A stretch of DNA of 42,230 nucleotides from Chiloscyllium plagiosum. Its lineage: Eukaryota. Made by a program: the position numbers and the translations under genes. The notes beneath the pieces are model-generated. The model made no database searches and was not told the DNA's origin. It saw only the letters and a list, made by a program, of their open reading frames with translations. The DNA lies in contig NC_057719.1 in the NCBI RefSeq assembly GCF_004010195.1, forward strand, positions 82,940,474 to 82,982,703, given 5' to 3'. Each line of letters opens with the position of its first letter. Position 1 is the stretch's first letter. Below are positions 1-12,720 of this stretch, one piece after another.

Positions 1-130
1 AGCATGACAAGTGGTGACCAAGTACTTTGATCAAAGAGGTAGGTTTTAAACAGCAACTTTTAAAAGCAGAGAGGGATGGATAGCTAATTCCAAAGGTTAA
101 AGCCTTAAGCAGCTGAAGGCATGGCAAGTT
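1..130 (-). mobile_element. Old L2-type LINE 3' fragment
   Basis: GGTGACC...CAAAGAGGTAGGTTTTAA...AGCAGCTGAAGGCA resembles shark L2 3' regions and the related fragment at 1535-1740. Confidence 0.45.
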
Positions 131-1534
131 AATGGGAACATGGAACATAGGCACAGGAATGCACAAAATCATCTTGGATAAAATTAAAATTACAGTGTTT
201 AATTTTCCAGGTTCTCTTATTCCCAAATGAACCTGCCTATTCCTGAGAGAAATGTAACAAAACTGGACTTGGAAGAAGAATAAACTGTGATAGATTTGAG
301 CCTCCAAACCCTTTACATCCTTGTCTTTTTAGATATTCAATGGGTCTTGCCTGCGAGTGGTTAAATTTCCATTAAATTATATTTCCTTTCAGTATATCTT
401 GCAGCTCTTATCTTTTGGGAAGCTTAACACGTAGAAACCCACCTGTCACCAGTTCTGGAGTTTCCAGTTGTAACCTGCCAAGAAGCATGTGATGCACAAT
501 GTGAAAGCCATGTAACAGGAGTGTATAAGTGTGGGCTGAGGGGAAAGAATAGAGAAGCTAAAATTCTTCAATCTGGAGGTGGGGGTGGGTGGGGGAGAGG
601 GAGGTTAATTTCACTGAAGTATAAAATGATTTGCACTCAGAACATTGCTTCAGGGTAAGTCAACAAGTTGAATAGAGGGGATTGTGCGTAAAGGAGTGAC
701 AAGACCATTTACCAGAGAGATGAACTGAACCCTCTGCTTGCTCTGGTCATCTGTATAATCATTGGTGAAATCTGGCTGCATGCAACGCTGTGGAATCTGC
801 TCACTTGTGCACTGTGCCACTTGTACTGTTCCTTGTGACACACACACACACACAATGAGTATACACGATGGGTCTAAATGCAAGGTTACCTACTCTGGTT
901 TAAAGTCACATTGCTTGACTACCCTACATTCCCACCGGTGGTCATGCCTTTCCGCAAAGAATTCCTTCATAACCCGATTAAATAAATCTTGAATGTCAAA
1001 GCATTTTATTTCAATCTCCGATATTGTTATAACAATTAATGTGGTGATTATATAAAATGATGAATCACTTTTATGCCCCCTTGACGTTTCTCTGGATTTG
1101 TCTGCAGCACTCTAGTCCTAACCCTAACCCGAACCCTACTGCAGATTTGCAACTCTAGTCTGCTGTGAATGGTTGTATATATATCAATCAAAGTTGAAAG
1201 ATCAGGTGCTCTTGAGGATAGATTGTTTGAAGCATTCATCAATTAACTCTTTTGTCTCAGGTCATTCACTCTTGATTCTTGGATAGGTGGTGCTTGATTT
1301 ACTAATCTGAACTATGTCTACAGTCAGATTAAAGAAGCGTTTTACGAGGCATTCAGCTCTGGGTTGTCTTGACACAGGGATGGAATTATATCCGAAGAGA
1401 CTGGAGAGTGATGATAAAAAAGTGATGTCTTCATGTGGTGATTGTATCTGATGACCTCTTTATTTGGGTCACAGAGCGCTACAGATACCTTTTAATGTTC
1501 AGTTCCTTCTCTCTCAATAAATACCTACATTCAG

Positions 1535-1740
1535 CAGCAAGCGTTAATGTCACACTTTGAAGAGTAAAATACCCCAAGACATTCGCAGGGAGTTATCAAA
1601 CACAATTTAATAATGTACCACATAAAATGATGAGGGCAAATAACCAAAAATGTGGTCAACAAGGTAAGGTTGTAAGGAATATCTTAATGGAGAAAAAGAG
1701 AAGTCGAGAGATACACAGAGGGGATTCCAGAATTGGGGCT
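1535..1740 (-). mobile_element. Old L2-type LINE 3' fragment
   Basis: GTGGTCAACAAGGTAAGGTTGTAAGG...GGGGATTCCAGAAT pattern, similar to 1-130. Confidence 0.45.
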
Positions 1741-2699
1741 TTTCACTCAGTAGTAAGTAACTAATGCATACTTATTGTTTAACTTACTGCTGGATGTCTG
1801 TTTAAATTGAATGGACCTAATCTGTAATAACTTCAGATTTGGATATAGTCTTGTTGCTTGTAGTTGCATTCACTCTGAATGACAACACCAATGTGATCTC
1901 CTATCAGGGAATTACTTTTAATCATTGAATACTCTGTGGGATATTTATGAGTAGACTATAGATGTGATTATACAGTTGATTCAATAAAAGCTATGTGCAA
2001 CATCTTTTGGTATTCTATATTTGATGAAGTGCGTGGGAGGAGCAGCTCATGGTGGTATTTGGCTGTTTGCTGCAGTAAAGTGGGTTATCGAGCAAATGGA
2101 CCAGGAACAGTGCTGTCCTATGAAGCCCTAGGTTTGCTAATTCAGGACAGACGGGATTAAAAAGGCAAGACATCCATGTGTTGACAATTGTATATTGTGA
2201 TACAGGTTTGTTCATCTATGTTGTGTGTGCTATTGTATCTGATGATGGTTACATCAATAACAGAATCTTTGATGAGGTATGCCCAAAGGTGAATTGGATT
2301 TCAGAGAAGACATGCTACACACTCAAGGAATTTAACTCTAGGCAGGAAAACCCGGGAATAAGTATTGAATTCACTGGAGACAGACCTAAAAGGATCTCAA
2401 AGGAATTTCTGATAATGACATGAATCACAAGAGTCAGTCATGTGAAAAAGCTCTGTACATATACAGCCACTAATGGCTATTGCTTGATATCAAGTGGTAA
2501 ATTCATATTGATCTGCAGGTTAGAGCAGAGCTATTTATAATTCTGCCACAGTGTATACCCTTGTAGTTAATGTTTATGTTTCAGATATTGTCCTGTATTG
2601 AATACCATTACTAATAGGAAAATATACCTTCCAGCATGTGTTTGGACAGCTCTAATTTAGGATTTTAGGTTAGGATAATATCCATTTAAGGCTATTATC

Positions 2700-3150
2700 C
2701 TAGTTTTTAAAAGAAGGTCACATCAGAGCCAGGGAACTATGTGCTCAGCAGCTTGATATTCCTTAGTAAGAAGATTCGAGACGGGATTGGAAAAGATCCC
2801 CTTTGTGATCAACAGGAAAGGGAAGAGTATTAGAAATTCAAAATGTCACTTCTAGGGGTAAAAACCATAGCTTACTGTGTCAAATTAGAATTTTACATGA
2901 TGCCACTAAGGTAGGAGTTGAGAAAAGTTCATGAGATGCTGCCTGGCTGATGTTGTAGAAAGCCTGTGATTAGATGCCTCATGAGGTCATTTCATAAGGT
3001 AGATTCTTGCGATATCAACAGAAATTTAAAATGAAGGATTGTGAATCATTGCCAATCTGGCAGCTAAAATGTTCAAGGTTGCAGATGCAATTCAGCCTGG
3101 AGACAAGCTTATTTAGTGGGATACCCAGGATTGGTTCTAGGCAATGTTCC
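2700..3150 (+). mobile_element. Highly decayed CR1 RT fragment
   Basis: Degenerate PGNY-SL and LEF coding remnants and a GATACCCAGGATTGGTTCTAGG (GxPQGSVLG-like) remnant. Confidence 0.4.
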
Positions 3151-3572
3151 TACATGTTGAGACAAGTGATGTGCAGGTAGTCCTTGCTGTGTGATAAATA
3201 ATATGGGGATGCAGTCACGGATGAATATTTATAGTGTCTGCACACAATTAAATGTTGAAGGAAATATCTGTTCCATCAGCTACTCTTCATTATCTGGAAT
3301 TATTAACCCTGGCAGCTATGCTGGGGCAAAACCTTTATAAGACTTAAGACCTCAAAGAATGCTCAATGTACTTGCATAATCTTGCAGCAGTCACGCACAA
3401 TCTTCTGGCCTGTTTCCCAGTGAAAGCTCAGGGCCAACTTAGTGAAATCATGACAAAAGCTAATGGTGGTGTGTTTCTATTATCATCATTCAGTATAAAT
3501 CAAAAAATACATTGATGCTGCAGGTTGCTACTCAGGCTACATCCATCTGTTGTACCCAGTTTTTAGGCCTTT

Positions 3573-5421
3573 AGAACTTAGAATATGAAAGCACAGTACA
3601 AGCCCTTAGGCCCTTAATATTGCGCCGACCTGTGAAACCTATACGAAGCCCATCGAACCTACACTATTCCATTCTCGTCCATGTGCCGATCCAATCACCA
3701 TTTAAATGCCCTTAAAGTTGGCGAGTCTACAACCGTTGCAGGCAGTGCGTTCCAATCTTTACTACTCTCTAAGTAAAGAAACTACCTCTGACATCTGTCC
3801 TGTATATATCACCCCTCGTGCTAGTCATCACCACCCTAGGAAAAAAGGCTCTCACTGTCCACCCAATCTAACCCTCTGATTGTCTTATGTCTCAATTAAA
3901 TCAACCTCCTTCTCCCTAACGAAAACAGCCTCAGGTCCCTCAGCCTTTCCTCGTAAGACCATCCCTCCATACCAAGCAAAATCCTAGTAAATCTCTTCTG
4001 AACTCTTTCCAAAGCTTCCACATCCTTCCTATAAGGTGGCGACCAGAACTGCACGCAATACTCCCAAGTGCGGCCACACCAGAGATTTATAAGCTGCAGC
4101 ATGACGTCATGGTTCTGAAATGCCATTCCTCTATTAATAAATGCCGACACATCATATGCCGCCTTAATAGCCCTATCAACCTGGGTGGCAACTTTGAGGG
4201 ATCTATGTATATGATCTCCAAAATCTCTCCTCATCTACACTACCAAGAATCTTACCGTTAGCCCAGTACTCTGCATTCCTGTTACTCCTTCCAATATGAA
4301 TCACCTCACACTTTTCTGCATTAAACTCCATTTGCCACCTCTCAGCCCAGCTCTGCAGCTTATCTATGTCCCTATGTAACCTACAATATCCTTTGGCACA
4401 ATCCACAACTCCATCGAATTTTGTGTCATCTGCAAATTTACTAACCAGTCCTTCTATGCCCTCATCCAGGTAGTTTATAAAAATGACAAACAGCAGTGGA
4501 CCCAAAACAGCTCCTTGTGGTACACCACTAGTAAAGGAGCTCCAGGATGGACATTTCCCATCAACCACCACTCTCTGTCTTCTTTCATCTAGCCAATTTC
4601 TGATCCAAACTGCTAAGTTGCCCTCAATCCTATGCCTCTGTATTTTGTGCAGTAATCTACCATGGAGAGCCTTATCAAACACCTTACTGAAATCCATATA
4701 TACCACATTAATAGCTTTACCCTTGTTCATCTGTTTAGTCACTTTCTCAAATAACTCAATAAGGCTGGTGAGGCTTGACCTACAATTCACAAAACCTGCC
4801 CTAATCCAACTTATTCCTATCGAAATGATTATAAATCCTATCTCTTGCAACCTTTTCCAACACTTTACCCACATCACTGTTCTATAATTACTAGGGTTGT
4901 CTCTACTCCCATACTTGAACAAGGGGACAAGATTTGCTATTCTCCAGACTTCTAGTACTATTCCTGTAGATGTTGACAACATGAAGATCAAAGCCAAGGT
5001 TTGGACAATCTCCTCCCTGGCTTCCCAGAGAATCCTAGGATAAATCCCATCCAGCCCAAGAGACTTATCTATTTCCACACTTCCCAGAATTTCTAACACC
5101 ACCTCCTTGTGAACCTCAATCCCATCTAGTCTAGTATCCCATTTCTCAGTATTCTCCTCGGCAACATTGTCTTTTTCCAGTGTGAATACTGATGAAAAAT
5201 ATTCATTTGGCACTTCCTCTACCTCTTCTGACTCCACGCACAACTTCCTACTCCTGTCCTTGATTGGCCCTAATCTTACTCTAGTCATTCTTTTATCCCT
5301 TATGTGCTTATAGAAAGCTTTAGGGTTTTCCCTGATCCAATCCGCCAACAGGTTATCATGTCCTCTCCTCACTCATCTTAGCTCTCTCGTTAGGTCCTTC
5401 CTGGCTACCTTGTAACTTGTA
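3573..5421 (-). mobile_element. 5'-truncated CR1 LINE (ORF2 reverse transcriptase, frameshifted)
   Basis: ORFs 4203-5372 and 3896-4234 carry GxDGIYPRIL, YMDFSKxFD, GVPQGAVLGP, FADD and WQMEFN. There is a TTAGAAC tail and a possible CCTTT TSD (3568-3572 / 5422-5426). Confidence 0.95.
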
Positions 5422-6224
5422 CCTTTGTTTGGGGGTTATTGGCGATTTGTAATGCACATGAGTAAGAAAAAAGCTGTGCGAATGATCAATAGTGTCAAGA
5501 CCTCCGGTCAATTTAAGATTCTTGTTGAATTTAGAGCAACATGAATGTGGAGACAGCTAATAGAGGTGTGTAATGCAGCTGTAGAGTATCTGTATTGATG
5601 GCCAGGAGCTCAGTAAATGTCTAGCTATCAGGCTGCAGCCACCATGAGATGTGGTCAGAACTAGATGGATTCTTTCAATGGTTCATTTTGCCTGTTGGCA
5701 TAAAAACATGCCAAAATGAGAGGCAGATTTTACACTATTACTACACTTCTAATGACTTAATTGGCTGGCAAGCATTTTGGCAAATTGTGTGGAAGGCACT
5801 TTAACTCAATCCCCTGAGAACAGGCAATGTTCATAAAAGTTTGATCCAAATGCTGTTCACCTCCTGCTATTTCTGATGCAGAGGAGTACACCATTATTGA
5901 TAATGGAGTGTCTACCTTTCCTGTGTGGATAGACATCACAGCAAGCAAATGTTTCCAATTCATCCTCAAATTTAAAGTTCTGTTCAGGACCCACCTAACT
6001 CCACATACACCCTGATAGGTGAAGTGGCCAGAGGCATTACTCAGCTCACAACCTGTGACTGATTATACATTGCTACCATTGCACCACAAAGATAAGGACA
6101 AATCAACATCTATCCACATACCCCAAATATTATTCCTTGGAACTGACTATTGTGTAGTTGCAATAATGATCATGTCTGATACTATAACAGGAGATATAAT
6201 TATGTCAAGGCAAAATATAAAGAT

Positions 6225-6350
6225 GATGGAAATCTGAACCATAAACACGAGTTGCTGTTTACAGTTCAAATCCAGTATGACTTTACTTCTTTCTTCACAG
6301 ATGTTGCCAGACCTCCTGAGTTTCTCCAGCATTCTCTGTGTTCCATATCA
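6225..6350. mobile_element. Penelope-derived terminal fragment
   Basis: CACAGATGTTGCCAGACCTCCTGAGTTTCTCCAGCATT matches the shark Penelope-type end also seen at 16850 and 23240. Confidence 0.55.
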
Positions 6351-6998
6351 GATCAGATACCATTTAGACTCTAGCTCATTATCAATAGCCTTGCATCCTG
6401 TCCTTGACGATGACCCATTTTGATCCAGTCTTATAGGGGTGGGGTTTCCAATGCCTATGGATGCAGTTCATCTCCGGCATAAACACAAACTGTGGTTCTA
6501 ATATCACTGCTTGCTCTCCTCAGTCAATCAGTCCAGAATCTCAAACACTCAAATCAATCTGGTTAAAAGGTCCCTGTTGGGCAGAAACCCTGAACTCATT
6601 CAATTGCTGATGAATGTCCTCCAACACATACTGGAGACAAGCATCCTCCTCAACACAAAAATGCTGCATCCATTTACCTGTTCTCTGATGAAGCCATTGT
6701 AACTGCTATAGTTTTCGTGATTAAAATCCTATTGGATACCAAATGTCACTGTTATGGTTTTTTGTTTGGCATGAAACTGATCATGAAGAAATGTGTAATG
6801 TGTTCCATTGTGACATAGATAAATCACCTGTATCAGCCGTGGAAAACAGTGCGATTGAGCCAATGTCGTATAACAGTTAAAAATGCAAGCAAACAGCTTA
6901 TCTGATTGAGTTACTATCGTATAATAGTTAAATTTGTTTCTGCTGCTGATAGGGTTCCATGACTAACAGAGTGTTGAACAAACTTATATAAACACATA

Positions 6999-7067
6999 GC
7001 TGAAAATGTGTTGCTGGAAAAGCGCAGCAGGTCAGGCAGCATCCAAGGAACAGGAGAATCGACGTTT
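6999..7067 (-). mobile_element. Short Penelope-like element terminus
   Basis: GCTGAAAATGTGTTGCTGGAAAAGCGCAGCAGGTCAGGCAGCATCC...GAATCGACGTTT, a typical shark Penelope end. Confidence 0.65.
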
Positions 7068-7754
7068 AACACGTACACAAGCTACCACAAACCAGGCCTA
7101 ACTGATGTTGCAACGGTTCAAGTGACTTACTGATGGAATGTCATGTTGTGATTGGCTTATTGTGTTGCTAAGGCTTGAAAATTACATATAATTAAGATAA
7201 GCTATCAGTGTCTTCATGTTTAAAAATGTAATCCGACCTTACAATCGACATAGTTACACACTTATTCTCAGCAGCCAGAATGTAACAGTCACTGCTTCTT
7301 AATAAAAATTCTTTAATTTTTACCGATTGATGACTGGTCATTCTAAGAAGAAAAAGAGAGTATCCAACAAGCCTAAAGTCCAAGTAACCCCCCCTTAAAT
7401 TTTATTTAGCTGGGGAAAAGTCGCCTTTTTTTTGTAAAACTGTCTCAGAAATTCACAAAATGATGGTCTCAGGGAAACAGATAACAGCCTATTCCAAAGG
7501 AGAGAGAAATAACCTTAAACAACTACTGCTTACAGGTAAAAATTGAGAAAAGTAAGAGTTCAGTTTACATCCCTCCCCAGTGCACAGCACTCAGGAAACT
7601 TTTATTAAGCAATGAAAGGTAATACTTAAAATAAACAAGACAGCGTTATATTCACTCAGTGTTGATCTCATTTCCCAATTTAGATTAGGGAGCAAGATCC
7701 TTATCCTCAGTTTCAAACTTAGTGTATGGTTTTTGTGCTGGTTAGAATATACGA

Positions 7755-8242
7755 CATAGAACATAAAACAGTACAGACCCTTCGACCCTCAATGTTGTGC
7801 TGGCCTTTTATGCTACTCTAAGATCAGACTAACCTACATACCCTTCATTGTACTATCTTCCATGTGCCGTGCCTATCCAAGAGTCACTTAAATGGCCCTA
7901 ATGTATCTGACTCTACTACGACTGCCAGCAGTGCATTCCACCCATCCACCAATCTCTGTGTAAAGAACCTACCTCCAATCACCTTAAAATGATGCCCTCT
8001 TGTGATCGCCATTTCCGTCCTGGGAAAAAGTCTCTGACTATCCACTCCAGCTATGCCTCTCAACATCTTGTACACCTCTAGCAAGTCACCTCTCCTCCTT
8101 TTACACTCTAATGAGAAAAAACCCTAGCTCCCTCAACTTTTCTTCATGAGACATGCCCTCCAGGCAGGCAGCATGCTGGTAAATCTCCTCTGCACAATAT
8201 TCCAAATGTGCTCTAACCAGGGCTCATAGAGCTGCAGCATAA
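7755..8242 (-). mobile_element. CR1 LINE 3' end
   Basis: CATAGAAC tail; ORF 7884-8084 (EVYKMLRG...FFTQRLVxxWNAL). Confidence 0.9.
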
Positions 8243-8279
8243 TTTATCTCTTTTTGGGCCACAATACGTGTGATTAATC

Positions 8280-9690
8280 AGTGACATTCCTGAACTTGTT
8301 GACATCTTTAATCTCTCCTTGCTACGATCTGAAGTCCCCATCTCCTTCAAGGAGACCTCAACCACCGTGGGGCCGGAGAAAATTCATGCAGCGTGCCTCA
8401 ATGACTGCAGCTGCCCGGTGGCTCTGACCTCCATAATTACAAAGTGCTTTAAGAGGTTAGTCATGGCTCACATCAACTCCAGCCTCCCAAATTGCCTAGA
8501 TCCTTTGCAATTTGTTTACCAGTGCAACAGGTCCACAGCAGATGTCATCTCCCTGGCCCCACACTCATCCCTGGAACCGCTGGATAACATGTCAGGCACG
8601 TACTTATTGACTACAGCTCTGCCTTCAACACTATAATTCCAACCAAATCGATCTCTAAACTCCGAGACCTAGGTCTCGCTCCCATTCTGTAACTGGATCC
8701 TCAATTTCCTGATCCATAGACTACAATCAGTGAGAATAGGCAACAAGGTCTCCTCACCATAATTCTCAACAGCGGTACACTGCAAGGTTGTGTACTCCTT
8801 ATACATTCATGACTGTATGGCCAAATTCTGCCCGACCTCCATTTACATGTTTGCTGATGACATCACCATTGTGGATCTCAAACAACAATAGTACAGAATG
8901 TAGGAAAGAGATTGAGTGCATAGCGGTATGATGTAAAGGCAACAATCTCTCCACTAATGTCAGCAAAATGAAGGAGCTGCTCATTGACTTCAGGAAGTGG
9001 GGTGGAGGGCACGCCCCTGTCTGCATTGGTGGTACTGAGGTGGAGAGCATCAAGTTCCTGGGAGTGATGATCGCCAACAATCTGTCCTGGTCCACCCAAA
9101 TCGAGGCGATAGTCAAGAAAGCAGAACAACAGCTCTACTTCCTCAGGAGGTTAAGGAAATTCAGTATCTCCGCAAAGGCTCTTACCAATTTTTATAGATG
9201 CACCATAGAAAGCATCCCATCTGGGTGCATCACAGCTTGGTGTGGCAACTGCTCTGCCCAAGACTACAAGAGACTATAGAGAGTTGTGAACACAGCCCAG
9301 TCCATCACACAAGCCTTCCATCTATTGACTTCATCTATACATCCCATTGCCTGGGGAAACTGGGCAACATAATCAAAGAGCCCTCCCACCCTGGTTATAC
9401 TCTCTTCCAGCCTCCTCCATCAGGCCGAAGATATAAACGTTTGAATTAACATTTGAACAGATTCAAGAACAGCTCCTTCCCCGCTGTTGTAGACTTTTGA
9501 ACACACCTCTCAAATGTTAATTCTGATCTCTCTCTGCACCTTCTCTGTGCCTGTAACACTGTATTCTGCACTCTGTTCTGCCATCCTGAAGCACTTTGTA
9601 TGTACAATCTGCTTGTGTGGCATGCAAAACAACCTTCTTTACTGTATCTCAATACATGTGACAACAATAAATCAAACTCAAACTCAAACT
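8280..9690 (+). mobile_element. Rex1/Babar-type non-LTR retrotransposon, 5'-truncated and degenerate
   Basis: PVALTSIITKCF, LDPLQF, NRSTAD, FADD, KELLIDFR, KFLGV, LYFLRRL and FYRCTIES motifs, followed by AATAAA and a (TCAAAC)3 tail at 9666-9689. Confidence 0.9.
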
Positions 9691-9992
9691 CTGGTCTAGG
9701 TGGCACGGGACCAATTTCTCATTGTTATTTGAGAGTGACGCTCATCTTTGGATGTCATTTCCCCAATCATATCACTGACCTTTACTTATGGGAACTTGCC
9801 CCTCATCATAGCCTTCTTCTGTTATTTCATTACATGTTATGGATTTCCACTGAGATAATAGGGCACCGTGCAACATTTTCTTTGTCCTTTTGTTTGGGAA
9901 AAAGAGAGTATGTGTTGTCACGTACTGATTAGTAATTGGGCTCATCATTCCAAATGACAGAATTGGTGCATAAGCATTTATTCGGTTGCGTA

Positions 9993-10400
9993 TGGGTCTT
10001 TGTGGTGCAGTGTTATGGACCAGATCAGATCCCCTCAAAATATTTTAAGAAGGTGGCCTAGATCCTAACTTTTTTCTTATTATAAAGTGGATGTTCCGGG
10101 TGTGAAGTGACGAGCAAACTATTCGACATTAAGCAAACTACAATTTATTTAAACTCTACAGTTAAAATACAAATGAAAGAAAGAGGAACTTAGAATAACT
10201 TAACTACTGGAAAACTTAACCGAATAATTAAGTTTGGCACCTCTGCCTTTACAACTTCTCTTCAAAAAACCCAGGACAAAATAACCTTCTTAAAGTACAG
10301 CATCGTCATAGCAGTAAAAGTGTTCTTACCTCCAAGCTAGAAGGTCTGGGTTCAAGGCCACAGAGGTGTGTTGTAATATTTCCAAACTGGTTGATCAAAG
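9993..10400 (+). mobile_element. tRNA-derived SINE split by a solo LTR
   Basis: Box A-like TGTGGTGCAG before 10011 and box B-like GGGTTCAAG near 10350 after the insertion. Confidence 0.6.
10011..10310 (-). mobile_element. Internally deleted solo LTR with 4-bp TSD GCAG
   Basis: Ends TGTTATG...CGTCATA; GCAG at 10007-10010 and 10311-10314. Homologous to 19254-19595 plus 21911-22115. Confidence 0.7.
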
Positions 10401-10999
10401 TACCTATTATTTAGAGTACTCATTAGATCGGTGTGGTTTTGTTAAAGGGAACCATTTGCTAATAATGACTGCTGTTGCTGAGGATGTGTTAGATCTGTAA
10501 CAGCAAATGTCATGTAGTTGCTCACTACCTTAAAGAGATTACAAAGTAGGTAATACGTAAAATCTATCCAGAGCAGTTATCAAATCTATGCATGTAGATG
10601 CTCAGTGTGTCAGAGCTCAGGAAGAGAGATACGCTTCTGAAGGACAGCACGACACATTCAACAGATATATGTTCACAAGTAATAAAAGTCAAAATCACCT
10701 AGAATGATCAAAAAAGTTATCACAGAACCTTAATTCTGATGAAAAGGTAAATACAATTGTTATAAAACTGAAAAGAAAATGATTACTTCAACTTAAGATA
10801 CCATAAGTTTAAAGGCTAAATAGTTTAGGACCGATTCAATCTTTCAACGATATTACTCCGCAGAACTGATCCTTTGGACACCAGCTCAGCACCGCCAAAG
10901 ACCGATAGGTTTGAATTCTTGGGGAGTACCATGAGTATCATATTTGGATCAATCGATGTTAAGAGACATTGTAGCGTTTGCTCAGTAATTGAACTGTAC

Positions 11000-11160
11000 C
11001 TCTCTCCCAGGTATCCATCATTCTGTAGATAAACCATGTGAACCCTCCAATTAAATTGCAGTTTGAAGTCACTCCCAGGTATTCATTATTCTGTATATAA
11101 ACTATATGAACCCCTCGAAAAGATTCTAGTCTGGAACTCAAACCCCAGTATCCATTATTC
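11000..11160. repeat. About 68-bp shark dispersed minisatellite, roughly 2.3 units
   Basis: CCCAGGTATCCATCATTCTGTAGATAAAC repeated; the same family occurs inverted at 40445-40590. Confidence 0.75.
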
Positions 11161-12720
11161 TCTCAGTGTACAGTCCCTCAGTATACAGTCTCTCTTGCAG
11201 TGTATAGTCACTCAGTATATAGTCACTCTCTAAGTGTACATTCTCTTAATGTACAGTCTCTCAGTTCACAGTCTCTCTCAAAGTACAGTCTCTCTCTGTG
11301 TACAGTCTCTCAATGTAATTTCTCTCTCAGTGTAGAGTCCCTCTCTCTAAATGATCTCTCAATGTACACTCTCTTAGTGTATAGTCTATCAGTGTACTGT
11401 CTCACTCTCTCTCTGTACAGTCTCGAAGTATACAGTCTCTCTCTCTGTCCAGTCCCTAGTGTACAGTCTCTTAGTGTACAATCTCTCTGTGTATAATCTC
11501 TCAAAGTATAGTCTCTCTGTGTGTACAATCTCTCTCAGTGTACAGTCTCTTGCTCTGTACATTCTCTCAGTGTAAGTCTCTCAATGTACAGTCTCTTTTA
11601 GTGTACAGTCTCTCTCTGTATACAGTCTCTGTGTACAGTCTGACAGTGTACAGTCTCTCTGTGTACAGTCTCCCTCTCTCTGTACACTCTCTGTGTAGTC
11701 TTTCACTGTGCAGTCTCTCAGTATAGTCTCTCAGTGTAGTCTTCTCAGTGTACAGTCTGTCTCTGTATATAGTCTCTAGCTGTTTACAGTCTGTCAGTGT
11801 ACAGTCACCCTCTCAGTGTTTTCTCTCTCTGTGTACAGTCTCTCACTATACAGTCTCTGTCAGTGGACAATCTCTCAGTATACAGTCTTTCAGTGTAGAC
11901 TCTCTCTGTACAGTCTCCCAGTGTGGAGTCCCTCTCTCAGTGTAGTCTCTCTCTCTGTAAAGTCTCTCACTTTACAGTCTCTCTCTCTAAGTACAGTCTC
12001 TCGGTGTACAGTCTCTCAGTGTACAGTCTCTCCTCAGTGTACAACCTCTGTCTCTGTACAGTCTCTCAGTGTATAATGTCTTGGTGTACAGTCCCTTGGT
12101 ATACAATCTCCCAGTACACAGTCTCTCAGTGTAAAGTCTCTCCTTGTGTACAGTCTCTCTCAGTGTACAGTCTCTTTCTCTGTACAGTCTCTCAGTGTAC
12201 AGTTTCATGCTGTGTACAGTTTCTCAGTGTACAGTCTCTGCATACAGTTAGCTGTAAACAGTCTGTCAGTGTACAGCCTCCCTCTGAGTGTACAGCCTCT
12301 CTCTGTGTACAGTCTCTCAGTGTACAGTCTCTGTCAGTGGACAATCTCCCAGTGTACAGTCTCTCAGTGTACAGTCTCTCTGTGTACAGTCTCTCTCAGT
12401 ATACAGGCTCTCTGTCTCTGTACAGTCTTTTAGTGTACAGTCTTCCTCAGTATACAGGCTCTCTGTACAGTCTTTCAGTGTACAATCTCCCAATGTACAG
12501 TCTTTCTCCGTGTAGCCTCTTTCAGTGTTCAGTCTCTGTACAGTCTCTCAGCGTACAGTCTCTCCTTCAGTGTACAACCTCTGTCTGTACAGTCTCGGTG
12601 TACCGTCTCTCTGTGTACAGTCTTTCTCAGTATACAGGCTCTCTCTCTGTACAGTCTTTCAGTGTACAGTCTCTCTCTCTCCGTAAAGTCTCTCGGTGTC
12701 CAGTCTCTGTCAGTCTGAGC
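11160..12720. repeat. Degenerate (TGTACAGTCTCTCAG)n minisatellite abutting the promoter
   Basis: About 1.55 kb of roughly 13-17-bp units with a TGTACA core. Confidence 0.95.

Noticed and set aside
2178..2423. 81-aa ORF as a possible exon of an upstream gene
   Set aside because: Weak acceptor, no recognisable domain and no partner exons found; a tblastx search would be needed to reconsider.
4203..5372. 389-aa RT ORF as an active or domesticated gene
   Set aside because: 5'-truncated CR1 with frameshifts, internal deletions and no endonuclease domain.
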